From contig CAWANH010000029.1 of assembly GCA_963783375.1 (NCBI GenBank), positions 256,001-320,000 of the forward strand: a stretch of 64,000 nucleotides of DNA. Reading direction: 5' to 3'. The DNA is from Candidatus Eiseniibacteriota bacterium (GTDB taxonomy: Bacteria > Eisenbacteria > RBG-16-71-46 > JABDJR01). Every line of letters begins with the position of its first letter. Position 1 is the first letter of the stretch. The notes below the pieces were generated by a model that was not told the DNA's origin, ran no database searches, and was given only the letters and a program-made list of their open reading frames with translations. Both the position numbers and the translations under genes were made by a program. Shown piece by piece: positions 29,364-42,115 of this stretch.

Positions 29364-30833
29364 GTGGACCTCCACTGGGAATCGGCGGCGGCGATCGCCG
29401 CCCGCGTCCGCCGGGGCGAACTCACCGCGACCGAGGTCGCCGGGAACGCCCTGGCCCGGATCGACGCCCTGAATCCCGTCGCGGCCGCGTTTCTCACCGT
29501 GACCGGGGACGAAGCCCGGGAAGCCGCGCGGGACGTGGACGCCCGGGTGGCCGCGGGGGAGGATCCCGGACCCCTGGCCGGGGTGCCGGTGGCGGTGAAG
29601 GACAACATCGCCACCCGCGGGGTGCGCACCACCTGCGGCTCGCGGATGCTCGAGACCCACGTATCCCTCTACGACGCCACCGCGGTGGATCGCCTCCGGG
29701 CCGCCGGCGCGGTGGTGGTGGGGAAGACCAACCTGGACGAGTTCGGGATGGGATCCTCCACCGAGAGTTCCGCCTTCGGCGCGGTTCGGAATCCCTGGGG
29801 CGCGGACCGGGTGCCCGGCGGCTCGAGCGGGGGTTCGGCGGCCGCGGTGGCCTCGGGGATGGCCGCGCTGGCCCTGGGGACGGACACCGGCGGCTCCATC
29901 CGCCAGCCGGGCGCTTTTTGCGGACTTCATGCGTTGAAACCCACCTATGGCCGGGTGTCCCGGTTCGGGTTGGTGGCCTACGCCTCCTCGTTCGACCAGA
30001 TCGGCGGCTTCGGGCGGAGCGCCGCGGACCTGGCCCTCCTCTACCGGGTCCTGGCCGGCCCCGACCCGCGGGACTCCACCTCCTCGCCGCGGGCGGTGGA
30101 GGCGGTCGACCCCGGCGCGGACGTGCGGGGGATCCGGATCGGGATCGCCTCGGAGATCCTCGGGCGCCCCGGGATCCAGCCCGAAGTCTCGGCCGCGGTG
30201 CGGGAGGCGGGGGAGACCCTCCGCGAGGCGGGGGCGGCGATCGCCGACGTCGCCCTTCCCGACCCCGAGACCGCGGTGGGGGCGTACTACCTGCTTGCCA
30301 CCGCCGAGGCCTCGAGCAACCTGGCCCGCTACGACGGGGTGCGCTACGGGCTCCGGGTTCCCGGCCCCACCCTCGACGAGACCTACCGCCGCACCCGGAG
30401 CGCGGGGTTCGGCTCGGAGGTGAAGCGGCGGATTCTCCTCGGCACCTACGTCCTCTCCGCCGGCTACTACGACGCCTACTATCTCGAGGCGCAGAAGGCC
30501 CGGGTGCTCCTCAGGCGGAGCTTCGAGCGATTGTTCGAGACCTGCGACCTGCTTCTCCTTCCCACCGCCCCCACCACCGCCTTCCGGCTGGGGGAGAAGA
30601 CCGGCGACCCGGTGGCCATGTACCTCTCCGACGTCTTCACCGTGTTCGCCAACCTTACCGGGATGCCGGGGATGAACGTTCCCGTCGGGTTCGACTCCGA
30701 GGGACTCCCCCTGGGGGTGCAGCTCCTGGCCCCGCGCTGGCGGGAGGACCTGCTGTTCCGGGGCGCGGGGACCCTGGAGCGCGCGCATCCCGATCCCCGC
30801 CGCCGTCCGCCGGAACCGGGGGGCGCGCGATGA
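29364..30833 (+). CDS. gatA: Asp/Glu-tRNA amidotransferase subunit A
   Basis: VAVKDNI, GKTNLDEFGMGSSTE, PGGSSGGSAAAV, GTDTGGSIRQP, SSNLARYDGVRYG, EVKRRILLGTYVLSAGYYDAYY. Confidence 0.97.
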   Translation: MDLHWESAAAIAARVRRGELTATEVAGNALARIDALNPVAAAFLTVTGDEAREAARDVDARVAAGEDPGPLAGVPVAVKDNIATRGVRTTCGSRMLETHVSLYDATAVDRLRAAGAVVVGKTNLDEFGMGSSTESSAFGAVRNPWGADRVPGGSSGGSAAAVASGMAALALGTDTGGSIRQPGAFCGLHALKPTYGRVSRFGLVAYASSFDQIGGFGRSAADLALLYRVLAGPDPRDSTSSPRAVEAVDPGADVRGIRIGIASEILGRPGIQPEVSAAVREAGETLREAGAAIADVALPDPETAVGAYYLLATAEASSNLARYDGVRYGLRVPGPTLDETYRRTRSAGFGSEVKRRILLGTYVLSAGYYDAYYLEAQKARVLLRRSFERLFETCDLLLLPTAPTTAFRLGEKTGDPVAMYLSDVFTVFANLTGMPGMNVPVGFDSEGLPLGVQLLAPRWREDLLFRGAGTLERAHPDPRRRPPEPGGAR

Positions 30834-32338
30834 ACGCCCCCACCCGGCTGGCCGAGAAGTACGAGACGGTGATCGGGCTGGAGATCCACGTCCAGCTCCT
30901 CACCCGGACCAAGATCTTCTGCGGCTGTTCGGCGGCCTACGGGGCTCCGCCCAACACCCACGTGTGCCCGGTCTGCCTGGGGCATCCGGGGGTGCTGCCG
31001 GTCCTGAACCGGGAAGCGGTGGCCCTGGCCCTCAAGTTCGGGCTGGCGGTGGGGGCGTCCCCAGAGCCCCGGAGCGTGTTCGCCCGCAAGAACTACTTCT
31101 ATCCCGACCTCCCCAAGGGATACCAGATCAGCCAGTACGAACGCCCGGTCCTGTCGGGCGGAGCGTTGAGCTACTTTCATGACGGAGCGGACCGGTCCAC
31201 ACGCCTGGTCCGGGCCCACCTGGAGGAGGATGCGGGCAAGTCCTTCCACCTGGAGTCGGGACGGGAGCCGGCCACCCTGGTGGACCTGAACCGCGCCGGG
31301 GTGCCGCTCCTGGAGGTGGTGACCGAACCCGATCTCCGTAGCCCGGAGGAGGCCCACGCCCTCCTGGAGCGGCTCCGCCAGCTGGTGGTCTATCTGGGCA
31401 TCTGCGACGGCAACATGGAGGAGGGAAGCCTCCGCGCCGACGCCAACGTCTCGGTCCGGCCGCGCGGTCAGGTCGAGCTCAACCCCAAGACCGAGGTCAA
31501 GAACCTGAACTCCTTCCGGAACGTGGAGCGGGCCCTGGCCTGGGAGATGAAACGGCAGGCCCGGGCTCTGGAGGACGGTGAGGCCCTGATCCAGGCCACC
31601 CGGCTCTGGGACCCCGGGGAAGGGCGCACCCGGGTCATGCGCACCAAGGAGGATGCTCACGACTACCGCTACTTCCCGGACCCGGATCTCCTGCCTCTGG
31701 CGGTGGACCCGGAGTGGGTGGAGACGGTGAGGCGCACCCTCCCCGAGCTCCCCGGGGAGAAGGAGAACCGGCTGTCCCGGGACTACGGCATCCCGCCCGA
31801 AGACGCGGTGGTGTTGGCCGCGTCCTGGGAGATGGCCGACTATTTCGAGACCGCGGCCCGGATCGCCGGGGACGGGAAGGCGGCGGCCAACTGGGTCTTG
31901 ACCGAGATCATGCGCCTGGTGAAGGAATCCCCGGAGGGCCTGGCCGGGATCCGGGTGGATCCGGCCATGCTGGGTCGGATGGTGCGGATGATCGGCGAGG
32001 GAACGATCAGCGGGAAGATCGGTAAGGCGGTGTTCGCCGAGATGGAGGCGTCGGGGGGAGACCCGGCGGAGATCGTGAAGGCGAAGGGGTTGGCTCCCAT
32101 CACCGATCCGGCGGCGCTCCGCCGGGTGGTGGACGAGGTGCTGGCCGCCCATCCCGGTCCCGCCGCCGACTACCTGGGCGGCCGCGAGGCCGCGCTCCAG
32201 TTCCTGATGGGGCAGGTGATGCGGCGGACCGGGGGCCGGGCGGACCCGGTGGAGGCGCGAAACGCGGTGAAGGCTTCCCTCGAGGCTCGGCGCGGGATCG
32301 CGGATGCGCCGCCGGAGGAAGGGGATCCCGAGCCATGA
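30830..32338 (+). CDS. gatB: Asp/Glu-tRNA amidotransferase subunit B
   Basis: IGLEIHVQL.T.TK.FC, ARKNYFYPDLPKGYQISQ, HLEEDAGK, MEEGSLR.DANVS, EVKNLNSF, DYRYFPDPDL. Confidence 0.97.
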   Translation: MNAPTRLAEKYETVIGLEIHVQLLTRTKIFCGCSAAYGAPPNTHVCPVCLGHPGVLPVLNREAVALALKFGLAVGASPEPRSVFARKNYFYPDLPKGYQISQYERPVLSGGALSYFHDGADRSTRLVRAHLEEDAGKSFHLESGREPATLVDLNRAGVPLLEVVTEPDLRSPEEAHALLERLRQLVVYLGICDGNMEEGSLRADANVSVRPRGQVELNPKTEVKNLNSFRNVERALAWEMKRQARALEDGEALIQATRLWDPGEGRTRVMRTKEDAHDYRYFPDPDLLPLAVDPEWVETVRRTLPELPGEKENRLSRDYGIPPEDAVVLAASWEMADYFETAARIAGDGKAAANWVLTEIMRLVKESPEGLAGIRVDPAMLGRMVRMIGEGTISGKIGKAVFAEMEASGGDPAEIVKAKGLAPITDPAALRRVVDEVLAAHPGPAADYLGGREAALQFLMGQVMRRTGGRADPVEARNAVKASLEARRGIADAPPEEGDPEP

Positions 32339-33651
32339 ACGGACTCAAGGTGTTGGTCGTCGGATCGGGGGGGCGGGAACACGCCCTGGGGTGGGCGCTC
32401 GAGCGGTGTACCTCGGTGGCGCGAGTGGAGGCGGCGCCGGGAAACCCCGGCCTGGCCGAGATCGGCGCGCTTCGGCCCGTGGCCGCCGACGATCTGGACG
32501 GGCTGGCCGCCCTGGTGCGGACCGAGCGCTACGACCTGGTGGTGGTGGGTCCGGAGGCGCCGCTCGCCGCCGGTCTCGCCGACCGGTTGCGCTCCGACGG
32601 GACCACGGTGTTCGGACCCGGCGCGGCCGGGGCGCGCCTGGAGGCGAGCAAGGCCTTCGCCAAGGCCTTCATGGAGCGCCACCGGATTCCCACCGCGCGG
32701 TTTCGCACGGTGACCCGGTTAGCCGACGCCGAGGCGACTCTCGCCGAGTGGGGCGCTCCCATCGTGGTCAAGGCGTCGGGCCTGGCCGCGGGGAAGGGGG
32801 TCACGGTGGCGGGCACCGTGGAGGAAGCCCGGACCGCGGCCCGCGCCGCGTTGGAGGGCTCGGCCTTCGGGGCGGCGGGGGCGGAAGTGGTGCTGGAAGA
32901 GCGGCTGGTCGGCGAGGAGGTCTCGGTGTTCGCGATCACCGACGGCCGGGACCACCACATCCTTCCCGGGTCCCGCGATCACAAGCGGGCCCTCGACGGG
33001 GACCGGGGGCCCAATACCGGCGGCATGGGGGCGGTGAGCCCGGCGGCGATCCTCGCCCCCGCCCTCCTGGAGGAGATCGGGCGAACCATGGTGGAGCCGA
33101 CTCTCGAGGGTCTGCTCCGGGAGGGGACCGCGTTTTGCGGGCTCCTCTACTTCGGGGTCATGGTGACCGCCGAGGGCCCGAAGCTCCTGGAGTACAACGT
33201 GCGGTTCGGTGATCCGGAGACCCAGGCCGTGCTCCCGCGGCTGGGGGGCGACCTGGCCCTGACGCTTCTGGCCGCGGGCCGGGGGGAGCTGGCCGGAGCG
33301 AGCACCGACCCTCCGACGCATCCGGCCGCGGCCTGCGTGGTGGCGGCGGCGCGGGACTACCCGCGCTCGGGGGCCCGAGGGCTTCCCATCACCGGCATCG
33401 AGCGCGCCCGGGAGCGGGGAGCGCTGGTCTTTCACGCCGGAACCGCCGTCGGGGAGGGTGGGCTGGTCACCGCGGGGGGACGGGTGCTGAACGTGGTGGG
33501 GGTGGGAGACACCCTCGACGCAGCGCTTCGGACCGCCTACGCGGGAATCGACGAGATCCACTTCGAGGGGATGCGCTACCGCGCCGACATCGGGGGACGG
33601 ACCCCGGGGGCGGCGGGGCGCGGAAACACTGCGAACTCGGGAGGAGATTGA
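32335..33651 (+). CDS. purD: Phosphoribosylamine--glycine ligase
   Basis: VGSGGREHAL, VVGPEAPL, LE.SK.FAK.FM, KA.GLAAGKGV, DHKR..DGD.GPNTGGMG, EYNVRFGDPETQ, T.GGRVL. Confidence 0.97.
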   Translation: MNGLKVLVVGSGGREHALGWALERCTSVARVEAAPGNPGLAEIGALRPVAADDLDGLAALVRTERYDLVVVGPEAPLAAGLADRLRSDGTTVFGPGAAGARLEASKAFAKAFMERHRIPTARFRTVTRLADAEATLAEWGAPIVVKASGLAAGKGVTVAGTVEEARTAARAALEGSAFGAAGAEVVLEERLVGEEVSVFAITDGRDHHILPGSRDHKRALDGDRGPNTGGMGAVSPAAILAPALLEEIGRTMVEPTLEGLLREGTAFCGLLYFGVMVTAEGPKLLEYNVRFGDPETQAVLPRLGGDLALTLLAAGRGELAGASTDPPTHPAAACVVAAARDYPRSGARGLPITGIERARERGALVFHAGTAVGEGGLVTAGGRVLNVVGVGDTLDAALRTAYAGIDEIHFEGMRYRADIGGRTPGAAGRGNTANSGGD

Positions 33652-33656
33652 ACACG

Positions 33657-34118
33657 ATGGCCGATGCCAAGGTGGCGGTGCTCATGGGGAGCGAGTCGGA
33701 CCGGACGCGGATGGAAGGCACGCTGAAGGTGCTCGAGGATCTGGGCATATCGCACGAGGCGCAGGTCATGAGCGCCCACCGGAGCCCGGACAAGGTGGCC
33801 GCGTTCGCCGCGGGCGCCGCAGAGCGAGGCTTCCGGGTGTTGATCGCGGGGGCGGGGATGGCCAATCACCTGGCCGGGGCGGTGGCCGCCCGCACCGTTC
33901 TCCCGGTGATCGGGGTGCCGCTCGACGCCTCACCGCTCTCCGGAATGGACTCGCTCCTCTCCACCGTGCAGATGCCTCCCGGGGTTCCGGTGGCCACGGT
34001 CGCGGTGGGGAGCGCGGGGGCCAAGAACGCGGCCTGGCTGGCCGCGGAGATCCTGGCTCTCGGCGATCCCGGTCTCTCCGAACGGCTCCGGGCCCGGCGC
34101 GAGGCGATGGGTGGCTGA
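33657..34118 (+). CDS. purE: N5-CAIR mutase
   Basis: [44 protein letters not shown]. Alternative start TTG 33648. Confidence 0.97.
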   Translation: MADAKVAVLMGSESDRTRMEGTLKVLEDLGISHEAQVMSAHRSPDKVAAFAAGAAERGFRVLIAGAGMANHLAGAVAARTVLPVIGVPLDASPLSGMDSLLSTVQMPPGVPVATVAVGSAGAKNAAWLAAEILALGDPGLSERLRARREAMGG

Positions 34119-34743
34119 ACCCGAGCGGACGACCCTGGTCCCCGGGGAACCCGATCCGGCGGTTCTCGACCGCGCGGCGCGGATCCTCCACGAAGGAGGA
34201 ATCGTGATCGCCCCCAGCGACACCGTGTACGGCCTTTTGGCGCTGCCGCGCAGCAGCCGCGGCCGGGCGGAGCTCGCGCGGCTCAAGGGGCGGCCCGGCC
34301 CCTTCATCGTTCTGGTTCGCACGTGGGAAGAGGCCCGCTCCTGGACCCGGGGAGTGGAGGACGCGACCTGGACCCGGCTCCGGCGGGTGTGGCCGGGGCC
34401 GGTGACCGCGATCCTTCCCACCGCTCCGGAGATGCCCGGCTCGGAGAACGGCGCCATCGCGCTCCGCATGCCCGAATCGCGGTTTCTGGGCGATCTCCTC
34501 CATGCGGTGGGGGAGCCGCTCTTCAGCACCAGCGCCAACCCGCCGGGGGCGGCGCCTCCGGTCACCGCTCTCGAGGCCTCGGGGGGATTCCCCCAGGGCA
34601 TCGCCCTGGTGCTGGACGGGGGCCTCTCCGCGTCCCCGGAGCCCTCCACGATCGTCGACTTATCCGGTCCGGTGTCCCGGATGGTCCGCGCCGGGCGCGG
34701 GGACGCCCGTGCTCTCCTTGACCCCGACCGATCCCCCCCCTAG
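34111..34743 (+). CDS. tsaC: L-threonylcarbamoyladenylate synthase (TsaC/YrdC; no Sua5 C-terminal domain)
   Basis: [32 protein letters not shown] motifs. Confidence 0.9.
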   Translation: MAEPERTTLVPGEPDPAVLDRAARILHEGGIVIAPSDTVYGLLALPRSSRGRAELARLKGRPGPFIVLVRTWEEARSWTRGVEDATWTRLRRVWPGPVTAILPTAPEMPGSENGAIALRMPESRFLGDLLHAVGEPLFSTSANPPGAAPPVTALEASGGFPQGIALVLDGGLSASPEPSTIVDLSGPVSRMVRAGRGDARALLDPDRSPP

Positions 34744-34746
34744 AAT
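34718..34746 (+). promoter_or_regulatory. Sigma70 promoter giving a probably leaderless transcript of the LMW phosphatase gene
   Basis: TTGACC (34718-23), 17 nt, TAGAAT (34741-46); ATG 34754 follows after 7 nt with no SD. Confidence 0.8.
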
Positions 34747-34753
34747 TCAATCG

Positions 34754-35260
34754 ATGAAGACCCATCGACCTTATCGGATCCTCTTCGTTTGCACCGGCAA
34801 CATCTGCCGGAGCCCGATGGCGGAGGGGATCCTGAGGAGCGAACTCTCCCCCCGGGCGCTCTCCCGGGCGGAGGTGGTCTCCGCCGGGGTCGGTGCGGTG
34901 GAAGGGCTTCCCGCCAGCGAGAACGCGGTGAAGGTGTGTGAGGAGGAGGGGATCGACATCGGCGGGCATCGTTCGCAACCCCTGACTCCAACCCTCATCG
35001 AATCCTGCGATCTTGTTCTGGCCATGGAAGAACACCACCGGGTGGCGGCGGAACGGATAGCACCGCGCTTCGGCGACCGAATCCATCTGTTGAGCCGGTT
35101 CGCGGCCGGAGACGAGTCGGTTCCGCCCCTCGGAATTCCCGATCCCATCGGCGGCGACCTCGAGGAGTACCGGGGCGCCTTCGTTCAGATTCGCGAGTTC
35201 CTCATTCAGGCGCTGCCCCGGATCGAGAGCGGGATGCCGGCCGGCGCCATGGAGTCCTGA
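34754..35260 (+). CDS. Low-molecular-weight protein Tyr/Arg phosphatase
   Basis: ILFVCTGNICRSPMAE P-loop, SAG, GIDI..H.S, IPDPIGG general-acid motif. Confidence 0.92.
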   Translation: MKTHRPYRILFVCTGNICRSPMAEGILRSELSPRALSRAEVVSAGVGAVEGLPASENAVKVCEEEGIDIGGHRSQPLTPTLIESCDLVLAMEEHHRVAAERIAPRFGDRIHLLSRFAAGDESVPPLGIPDPIGGDLEEYRGAFVQIREFLIQALPRIESGMPAGAMES

Positions 35261-35261
35261 C

Positions 35262-36227
35262 ATGCCAGTGCCGAAATCTCCCGAGGCGCGGAGCGAAACC
35301 ATCTGGTTCGACGGGGACTTCGTCCCGTGGGCGGACGCCAAGGTTCACATCCTGAGCCACGTCATCCACTACGGGTCCAGCGTGTTCGAGGGCATCCGCT
35401 GCTACAACACCCCGGACGGACCCGCGATCTTCCGTCTGTCGGATCACGTCAAGCGCTTGTTCTTTTCGGCCAAGGTGATCCGCATCGAGATTCCCTTCAC
35501 CGAGGAGGAGATCACCGAGGCCTGTATCGAGGCGGTGCAGCGGAATGAGTTCGAGAGCTGCTACATCCGTCCGGTGGTGCTCCGGGGAGCCGGGGCCATG
35601 GGGGTGCTCCCCCGCGACAACCCCATCCACACCGCGATCGCGGTCTGGCCCTGGGGGGCCTATCTCGGCCCCGAGGCCCTGGAGAAGGGGATCGACGTCA
35701 TCGTCTCGACCTGGCGGAAGATGCCGCCGAACACCCTTCCCGCCCTGGCCAAGATCGGGGGGGCTTATGTCCTGGCGTCGGTGGCAAAGATGGAGGCGGT
35801 CCGGCTCGGCTACGCCGAGGCGTTGATGCTCGACACCGAGGGCCGGGTGGCCGAGGGCACCGGCGAGAACCTCTTCGCGGTCATCGAGGGAAAGCTCGTC
35901 ACGCCGCCGCTCAGCTACTCCATCCTGGGCGGGATCACCCGGCGGAGCATCATGCAGCTCGCCGTCGACAACGGCATCGAGGTGGCGGAGCAGCCCCTGA
36001 GCCGGGCCCTGATCTACATGGCCGAGGAGCTGTTCTTCACCGGCACCGCGGCCGAGGTGACCCCCATCCGTTCGGTGGACGGGACCGTGGTGGGCGCGGG
36101 CCGGCCGGGACCGGTGACCAAGCTTCTTCAGAAGCAGTTCTTCGAAATCGTGAACGGACGCGCTCCCGATCGCCACGGCTGGCTCACCCAGACCGCACAG
36201 CGGGTATCGCGCGCCCCCCAGGGCTGA
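35262..36227 (+). CDS. ilvE: Branched-chain amino acid aminotransferase
   Basis: [56 protein letters not shown]. Confidence 0.95.
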   Translation: MPVPKSPEARSETIWFDGDFVPWADAKVHILSHVIHYGSSVFEGIRCYNTPDGPAIFRLSDHVKRLFFSAKVIRIEIPFTEEEITEACIEAVQRNEFESCYIRPVVLRGAGAMGVLPRDNPIHTAIAVWPWGAYLGPEALEKGIDVIVSTWRKMPPNTLPALAKIGGAYVLASVAKMEAVRLGYAEALMLDTEGRVAEGTGENLFAVIEGKLVTPPLSYSILGGITRRSIMQLAVDNGIEVAEQPLSRALIYMAEELFFTGTAAEVTPIRSVDGTVVGAGRPGPVTKLLQKQFFEIVNGRAPDRHGWLTQTAQRVSRAPQG

Positions 36228-36252
36228 GACGCCGGAGCGGAACATACCGACC

Positions 36253-37494
<1,242 letters not shown>

Positions 37495-37515
37495 GCGGGC
37501 GGAAAGGACCGATCC

Positions 37516-38718
37516 GTGGCGAGACCCGATCGTCCGGCCAGCCAGGGGGGGAGCCCGATCCGGGAGGCCTTCCTCCCCTACGCCCTGCCCCAGTTCGGCG
37601 ACGAGGAAAAGCGAGAGCTCCTCGACGTCCTGGAGTCGGGGTGGATCACCACCGGACCCCGGGTCAAACGGCTGGAGGGAGACCTGGCCGCCGCGGTGGG
37701 GGCGAAACACGTGGCCTGCGTGGATTCCTGCACCGCCGCCCTCCACATCGCCCTGGCCTCCCTCGATCTGAAGCCCGGGGACGAGGTCGTCACCAGCCCG
37801 CTCACCTTCTGCAGCACGGTCAACAGCATCGTCCACGCCGGCGGCACTCCGGTCCTGGCCGACGTGGAGCCCGATACCCTGAACCTGGATCCCGCCCGGG
37901 TCGCGGAAAAGATCACCCCGCGCACGCGCGCCCTCCTTCCCGTTCACTACGCCGGCCATCCCTGCGACATGGACGCGCTCCTGGCGTTGGCCGCGAAGCA
38001 CGGCCTGACCGTGATCGAGGACGCGGCCCACGCCGTCGGTGCGTCCTACAAGGGCCGGCCGGTGGGAAGCATCGGGGACATGACCTGCTTCTCCTTCTAC
38101 GCCACCAAGAACCTCACCACCGCCGAGGGCGGGGCCCTGGCCACCGACGACGAGGCCACGATCGATAAGGCGCGGCTGCTCGCCCTGCACGGGATGAGCA
38201 CGGACGCGTGGAAGCGCTATACCTCCGCGGGGTCCTGGTACTACGAGGTGGTGCTCCCCGGCTTCAAGTACAACATGACCGACCTCGAGGCGGCCCTGGG
38301 CATTCACCAGCTCCGCCGCCTCCCCGAGTTCAACCGCCGCCGCCGGGAGCTGGCCCGGCGCTACGACGAGGCCTTCCGCGACCACCCCGCGATCGAGATC
38401 CCGGCGTGGAGGCCCGACGTCGAACACGTCTATCATCTGTACCCCATCCGGCTCCGCCTGGAGCGGCTCACCGTCGACCGGGGGCGGTTCATCGAGGAGC
38501 TGAAAGCCGAGAACATCGGCACCACCGTGAACTTCATCCCCATCCACTACCACCCCTACTACCGGGACACCCTGAAGCTCGGAAAGGGGGCGCTGCCGGT
38601 GGCCGAAGCGGCCTACGAGCGGCTCATCTCGCTTCCCCTCTACCCGCGGATGACCGAGCGGGACCTGGACGACGCGGTCGGGGCGGTGGAGAAGATCGCC
38701 GGCGCCTTCGCCCGCTGA
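37516..38718 (+). CDS. DegT/DnrJ/EryC1/StrS-family sugar aminotransferase (ArnB/PseC-like)
   Basis: SGWITTGP, SCTAALH, PVHYAGHP.DM, IEDAAHA.G, FSFYATKNLTTAEGG, GFKYNMTD, ISLPLYP.M. Confidence 0.93.
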   Translation: MARPDRPASQGGSPIREAFLPYALPQFGDEEKRELLDVLESGWITTGPRVKRLEGDLAAAVGAKHVACVDSCTAALHIALASLDLKPGDEVVTSPLTFCSTVNSIVHAGGTPVLADVEPDTLNLDPARVAEKITPRTRALLPVHYAGHPCDMDALLALAAKHGLTVIEDAAHAVGASYKGRPVGSIGDMTCFSFYATKNLTTAEGGALATDDEATIDKARLLALHGMSTDAWKRYTSAGSWYYEVVLPGFKYNMTDLEAALGIHQLRRLPEFNRRRRELARRYDEAFRDHPAIEIPAWRPDVEHVYHLYPIRLRLERLTVDRGRFIEELKAENIGTTVNFIPIHYHPYYRDTLKLGKGALPVAEAAYERLISLPLYPRMTERDLDDAVGAVEKIAGAFAR

Positions 38719-38796
38719 CCCGACCGGGCTCCCCGGCCGCCCGCGGCGCGGCGGGAAAGCCGTCGGGCCGGAGGTCCGGCGCCCACCGGCGGACGG

Positions 38797-39921
38797 CTAG
38801 CTCGGAAGGCTCCTGAGCGCCTCGGCCACCCGCGCCTGCTGGTCCTCGGTGAGCTCGGGGAACATGGGAAGCGAGAGGCAGGTCCGGGCCCAGTCCTCGG
38901 ATACCGGGAAGCTCCCGCCGCCCATTCCCAGGGCCTTGAACGCCGGTTGCTCGGGCAGGGTGGTGGGATAGTGGGTGGCCGCGCCGACGCCGAGCTTCCC
39001 CAGGGCCTCGGCGATCTCGTCCCGCCGGGAATGTCGGACCACGTAGAGGTGGTACACGTGCACCGCCCCCGGGCGCTCCACCGGGAGACGCAGCGGCTCG
39101 CCCCAGGGGGCGAGCCCGGCCAACAGCTCACGGTAGCGCGCGGCGGCCCGCCGGCGCCCCTCGGTCCAGTCGGACAGATGGCGGAGCTTCACGTCGAGGA
39201 CCGCGGCCTGGAAGGCGTCCAGCCGTTCGTTCCATCCGAGGTAGCCGTGGAAGTACCGGTCGGTGCGCCCGTGGTTGGCCAGGCGCCGCACCCGATCGGC
39301 CAGATCCCCGTCCCGGGTGATGAAGCACCCGGCGTCTCCCGCCGCCCCCAGGTTCTTGCTGGGGTAGAACGAGAACGCCCCCGCGTCGCCGAAGGTCCCG
39401 GTGCGGCCGCCGTCGAGGGTGGCGAAGTGGCTCTGGGCGCAGTCCTCGAGCATCCGGAGGTCGTGCCGCTTCGCGACCCCGCTGAGGGCGGGGATGGGGG
39501 CGGGGTGGCCGTAGAGATGAACCGGGATCATGAGCCGGGTACGTTCGGTGACCGCGGCCGAGGCCGCCTCGGGGTCGAGGCAGGCGGTTTCGGGGTCCAC
39601 GTCCACGAACACCGGGCGCGCCCCCGCCCGGACCACGCTGGCCGCGGTGGCGATGAAGGTAAAGGCGGGCACCAGGACCTCGTCGCCGGCTTCGAGCCCC
39701 ATCGCTTCCATGCCCAGCTGGAGGGCGGCGGTCCCGCTCTTCACCGTGACCGCGTGAGGGAGGCCGTGGGCCTCGGCAAAGTGGCGTTCGAACCGGTCGA
39801 CCGGCTCGCCCCCCACGAAGGCGGCGTTGGCGAGGATGGGACGGACCGCCTCCATGAGCTCCGGTTCCAGAGCGTGATGCTGGGCGGCGAGATCGATGAA
39901 GGGGACTCTTGTGTCGATCAT
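38797..39921 (-). CDS. DegT-family sugar aminotransferase (WbpE-like subtype)
   Basis: Start MIDTRVPFIDL after SD AAGGAG; SGT.AL, PVHLYGHP, EDCAQSH, FSFYPSKNLGA.GDAG, G.N.RLD..QAA.L.VKL, HVYHLYVV, LSLPMFPEL. Confidence 0.93.
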   Translation of the reverse strand: MIDTRVPFIDLAAQHHALEPELMEAVRPILANAAFVGGEPVDRFERHFAEAHGLPHAVTVKSGTAALQLGMEAMGLEAGDEVLVPAFTFIATAASVVRAGARPVFVDVDPETACLDPEAASAAVTERTRLMIPVHLYGHPAPIPALSGVAKRHDLRMLEDCAQSHFATLDGGRTGTFGDAGAFSFYPSKNLGAAGDAGCFITRDGDLADRVRRLANHGRTDRYFHGYLGWNERLDAFQAAVLDVKLRHLSDWTEGRRRAAARYRELLAGLAPWGEPLRLPVERPGAVHVYHLYVVRHSRRDEIAEALGKLGVGAATHYPTTLPEQPAFKALGMGGGSFPVSEDWARTCLSLPMFPELTEDQQARVAEALRSLPS

Positions 39922-40017
39922 GAGAGGACTCCTTGGGCCATCGATGGGTCGATGTGGCGGGAAACCGGTCGGTTGTCGGCCCTCAGGGCCGCCGGTAAGG
40001 GCGCCGCGGGTGCCGGA

Positions 40018-40162
40018 GATCGTAGCAGACCCCGAAAAAGCATCGCGGAGTATACCATTTCGCTCCCGGCGGGCCGGGGATGACTTGGCCGGGAAGGTTC
40101 GGTCCCCCCCGGGGGTATGGAATCTCGGGCTCCTTGCCCCGCCCGGTCGGCCCCGATACACT
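40018..40162. promoter_or_regulatory. Divergent promoter region between degT (-) and moxR/bat operon (+)
   Basis: + strand TTGCCC (40134-39), 17 nt, TACACT (40157-62). - strand extended -10 elements TGgTATACT (40057-49) and TGcTACGAT (~40027-19). Confidence 0.65.
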
Positions 40163-40227
40163 GGACCGCCGATTGCGCCATACCCCCGATCCGTCCAAGA
40201 AACCCAAGCAATCACAGGAGGAAGGTC

Positions 40228-41211
<984 letters not shown>

Positions 41212-41233
41212 GCATCCCGGGAACGTTCCGATC

Positions 41234-42115
41234 ATGATCCCGCGAGAGATCCTCCAGAAGGTCAAGCGCATCGAGATCCGCACCCGGCGGCTGGTAACCG
41301 ACGTATTCGGGGGGGAGTACCACTCGGTCTTCAAGGGGCGGGGGATGGAGTTCGCCGAGGTTCGCGAATACATCCCCGGGGACGACGTGCGCACCATCGA
41401 CTGGAACGTGACCGCCCGCATGGGGCACCCCTTCGTGAAGCAGTTCCAGGAGGAGCGCGAGCTCACCGTTCTGCTCCTGGTGGACCAGAGCGCGTCGGAG
41501 CGCTTCGGCACCCGGGAGCGGCTGAAGGCCGAGCTGGCCGCCGAGGTGGGGGCGCTTCTGGCCCTCTCCGCGGTGCAGAACAACGACAAGGTGGGGCTGG
41601 TGCTGTTCTCGGACGGGGTGGAGCTCTACGTTCCCCCGGCCAAGGGGCGGCGGCACGTGCTCCGCGTGGTGCGGGAGATCCTCTACTTCAAACCCCGGGG
41701 GCGGGGCACGAACCTGGGGGCCGCCCTCGATCACCTGAGCCGGGCCCAGAAACGGCGGGCGGTGGTGTTCGTCGTCTCCGACTTCCTGAGCGAGGGGTAC
41801 GAGCGGTCGCTCAAGGTGGCCTCGCGCCGGCACGACGTGGTGCTCCTGCGCATGCGGGACGCCCGCGAGGAGAAGCTTCCCGCGGTGGGAGTGGTGGCGC
41901 TCAGGGACCTGGAGACCGGGCGCGACTTCCTGGTCGACACCTCCGATCGCTCGGTGCGCCGGGCCTTCGGCGAGGCGGTGGCAGCGCGGGAGACCACCTT
42001 CGACGAGGTAACCCGCCGCGCCCGGGTGGATCGCGTGGACCTGTGGACCGACGAGGACGTGGTGCTCCCCCTGGCCGGCTTCTTCCGCCGGCGCCAGGCG
42101 AGGCTCTCGCGATGA
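41234..42115 (+). CDS. DUF58 domain protein (VWA-like)
   Basis: G.Y.S.FKGRGMEF.EVREY.PGDDVR.IDWNVTAR, VK.F.EEREL, D.S.S, VSDF. Confidence 0.94.
   Translation: MIPREILQKVKRIEIRTRRLVTDVFGGEYHSVFKGRGMEFAEVREYIPGDDVRTIDWNVTARMGHPFVKQFQEERELTVLLLVDQSASERFGTRERLKAELAAEVGALLALSAVQNNDKVGLVLFSDGVELYVPPAKGRRHVLRVVREILYFKPRGRGTNLGAALDHLSRAQKRRAVVFVVSDFLSEGYERSLKVASRRHDVVLLRMRDAREEKLPAVGVVALRDLETGRDFLVDTSDRSVRRAFGEAVAARETTFDEVTRRARVDRVDLWTDEDVVLPLAGFFRRRQARLSR

Noticed and set aside
38719-38796. GC-rich stems between the convergent degT genes as an intrinsic terminator or ncRNA
   Set aside because: No U-tract on either strand and pairing is ambiguous at this GC content; cannot support a call.
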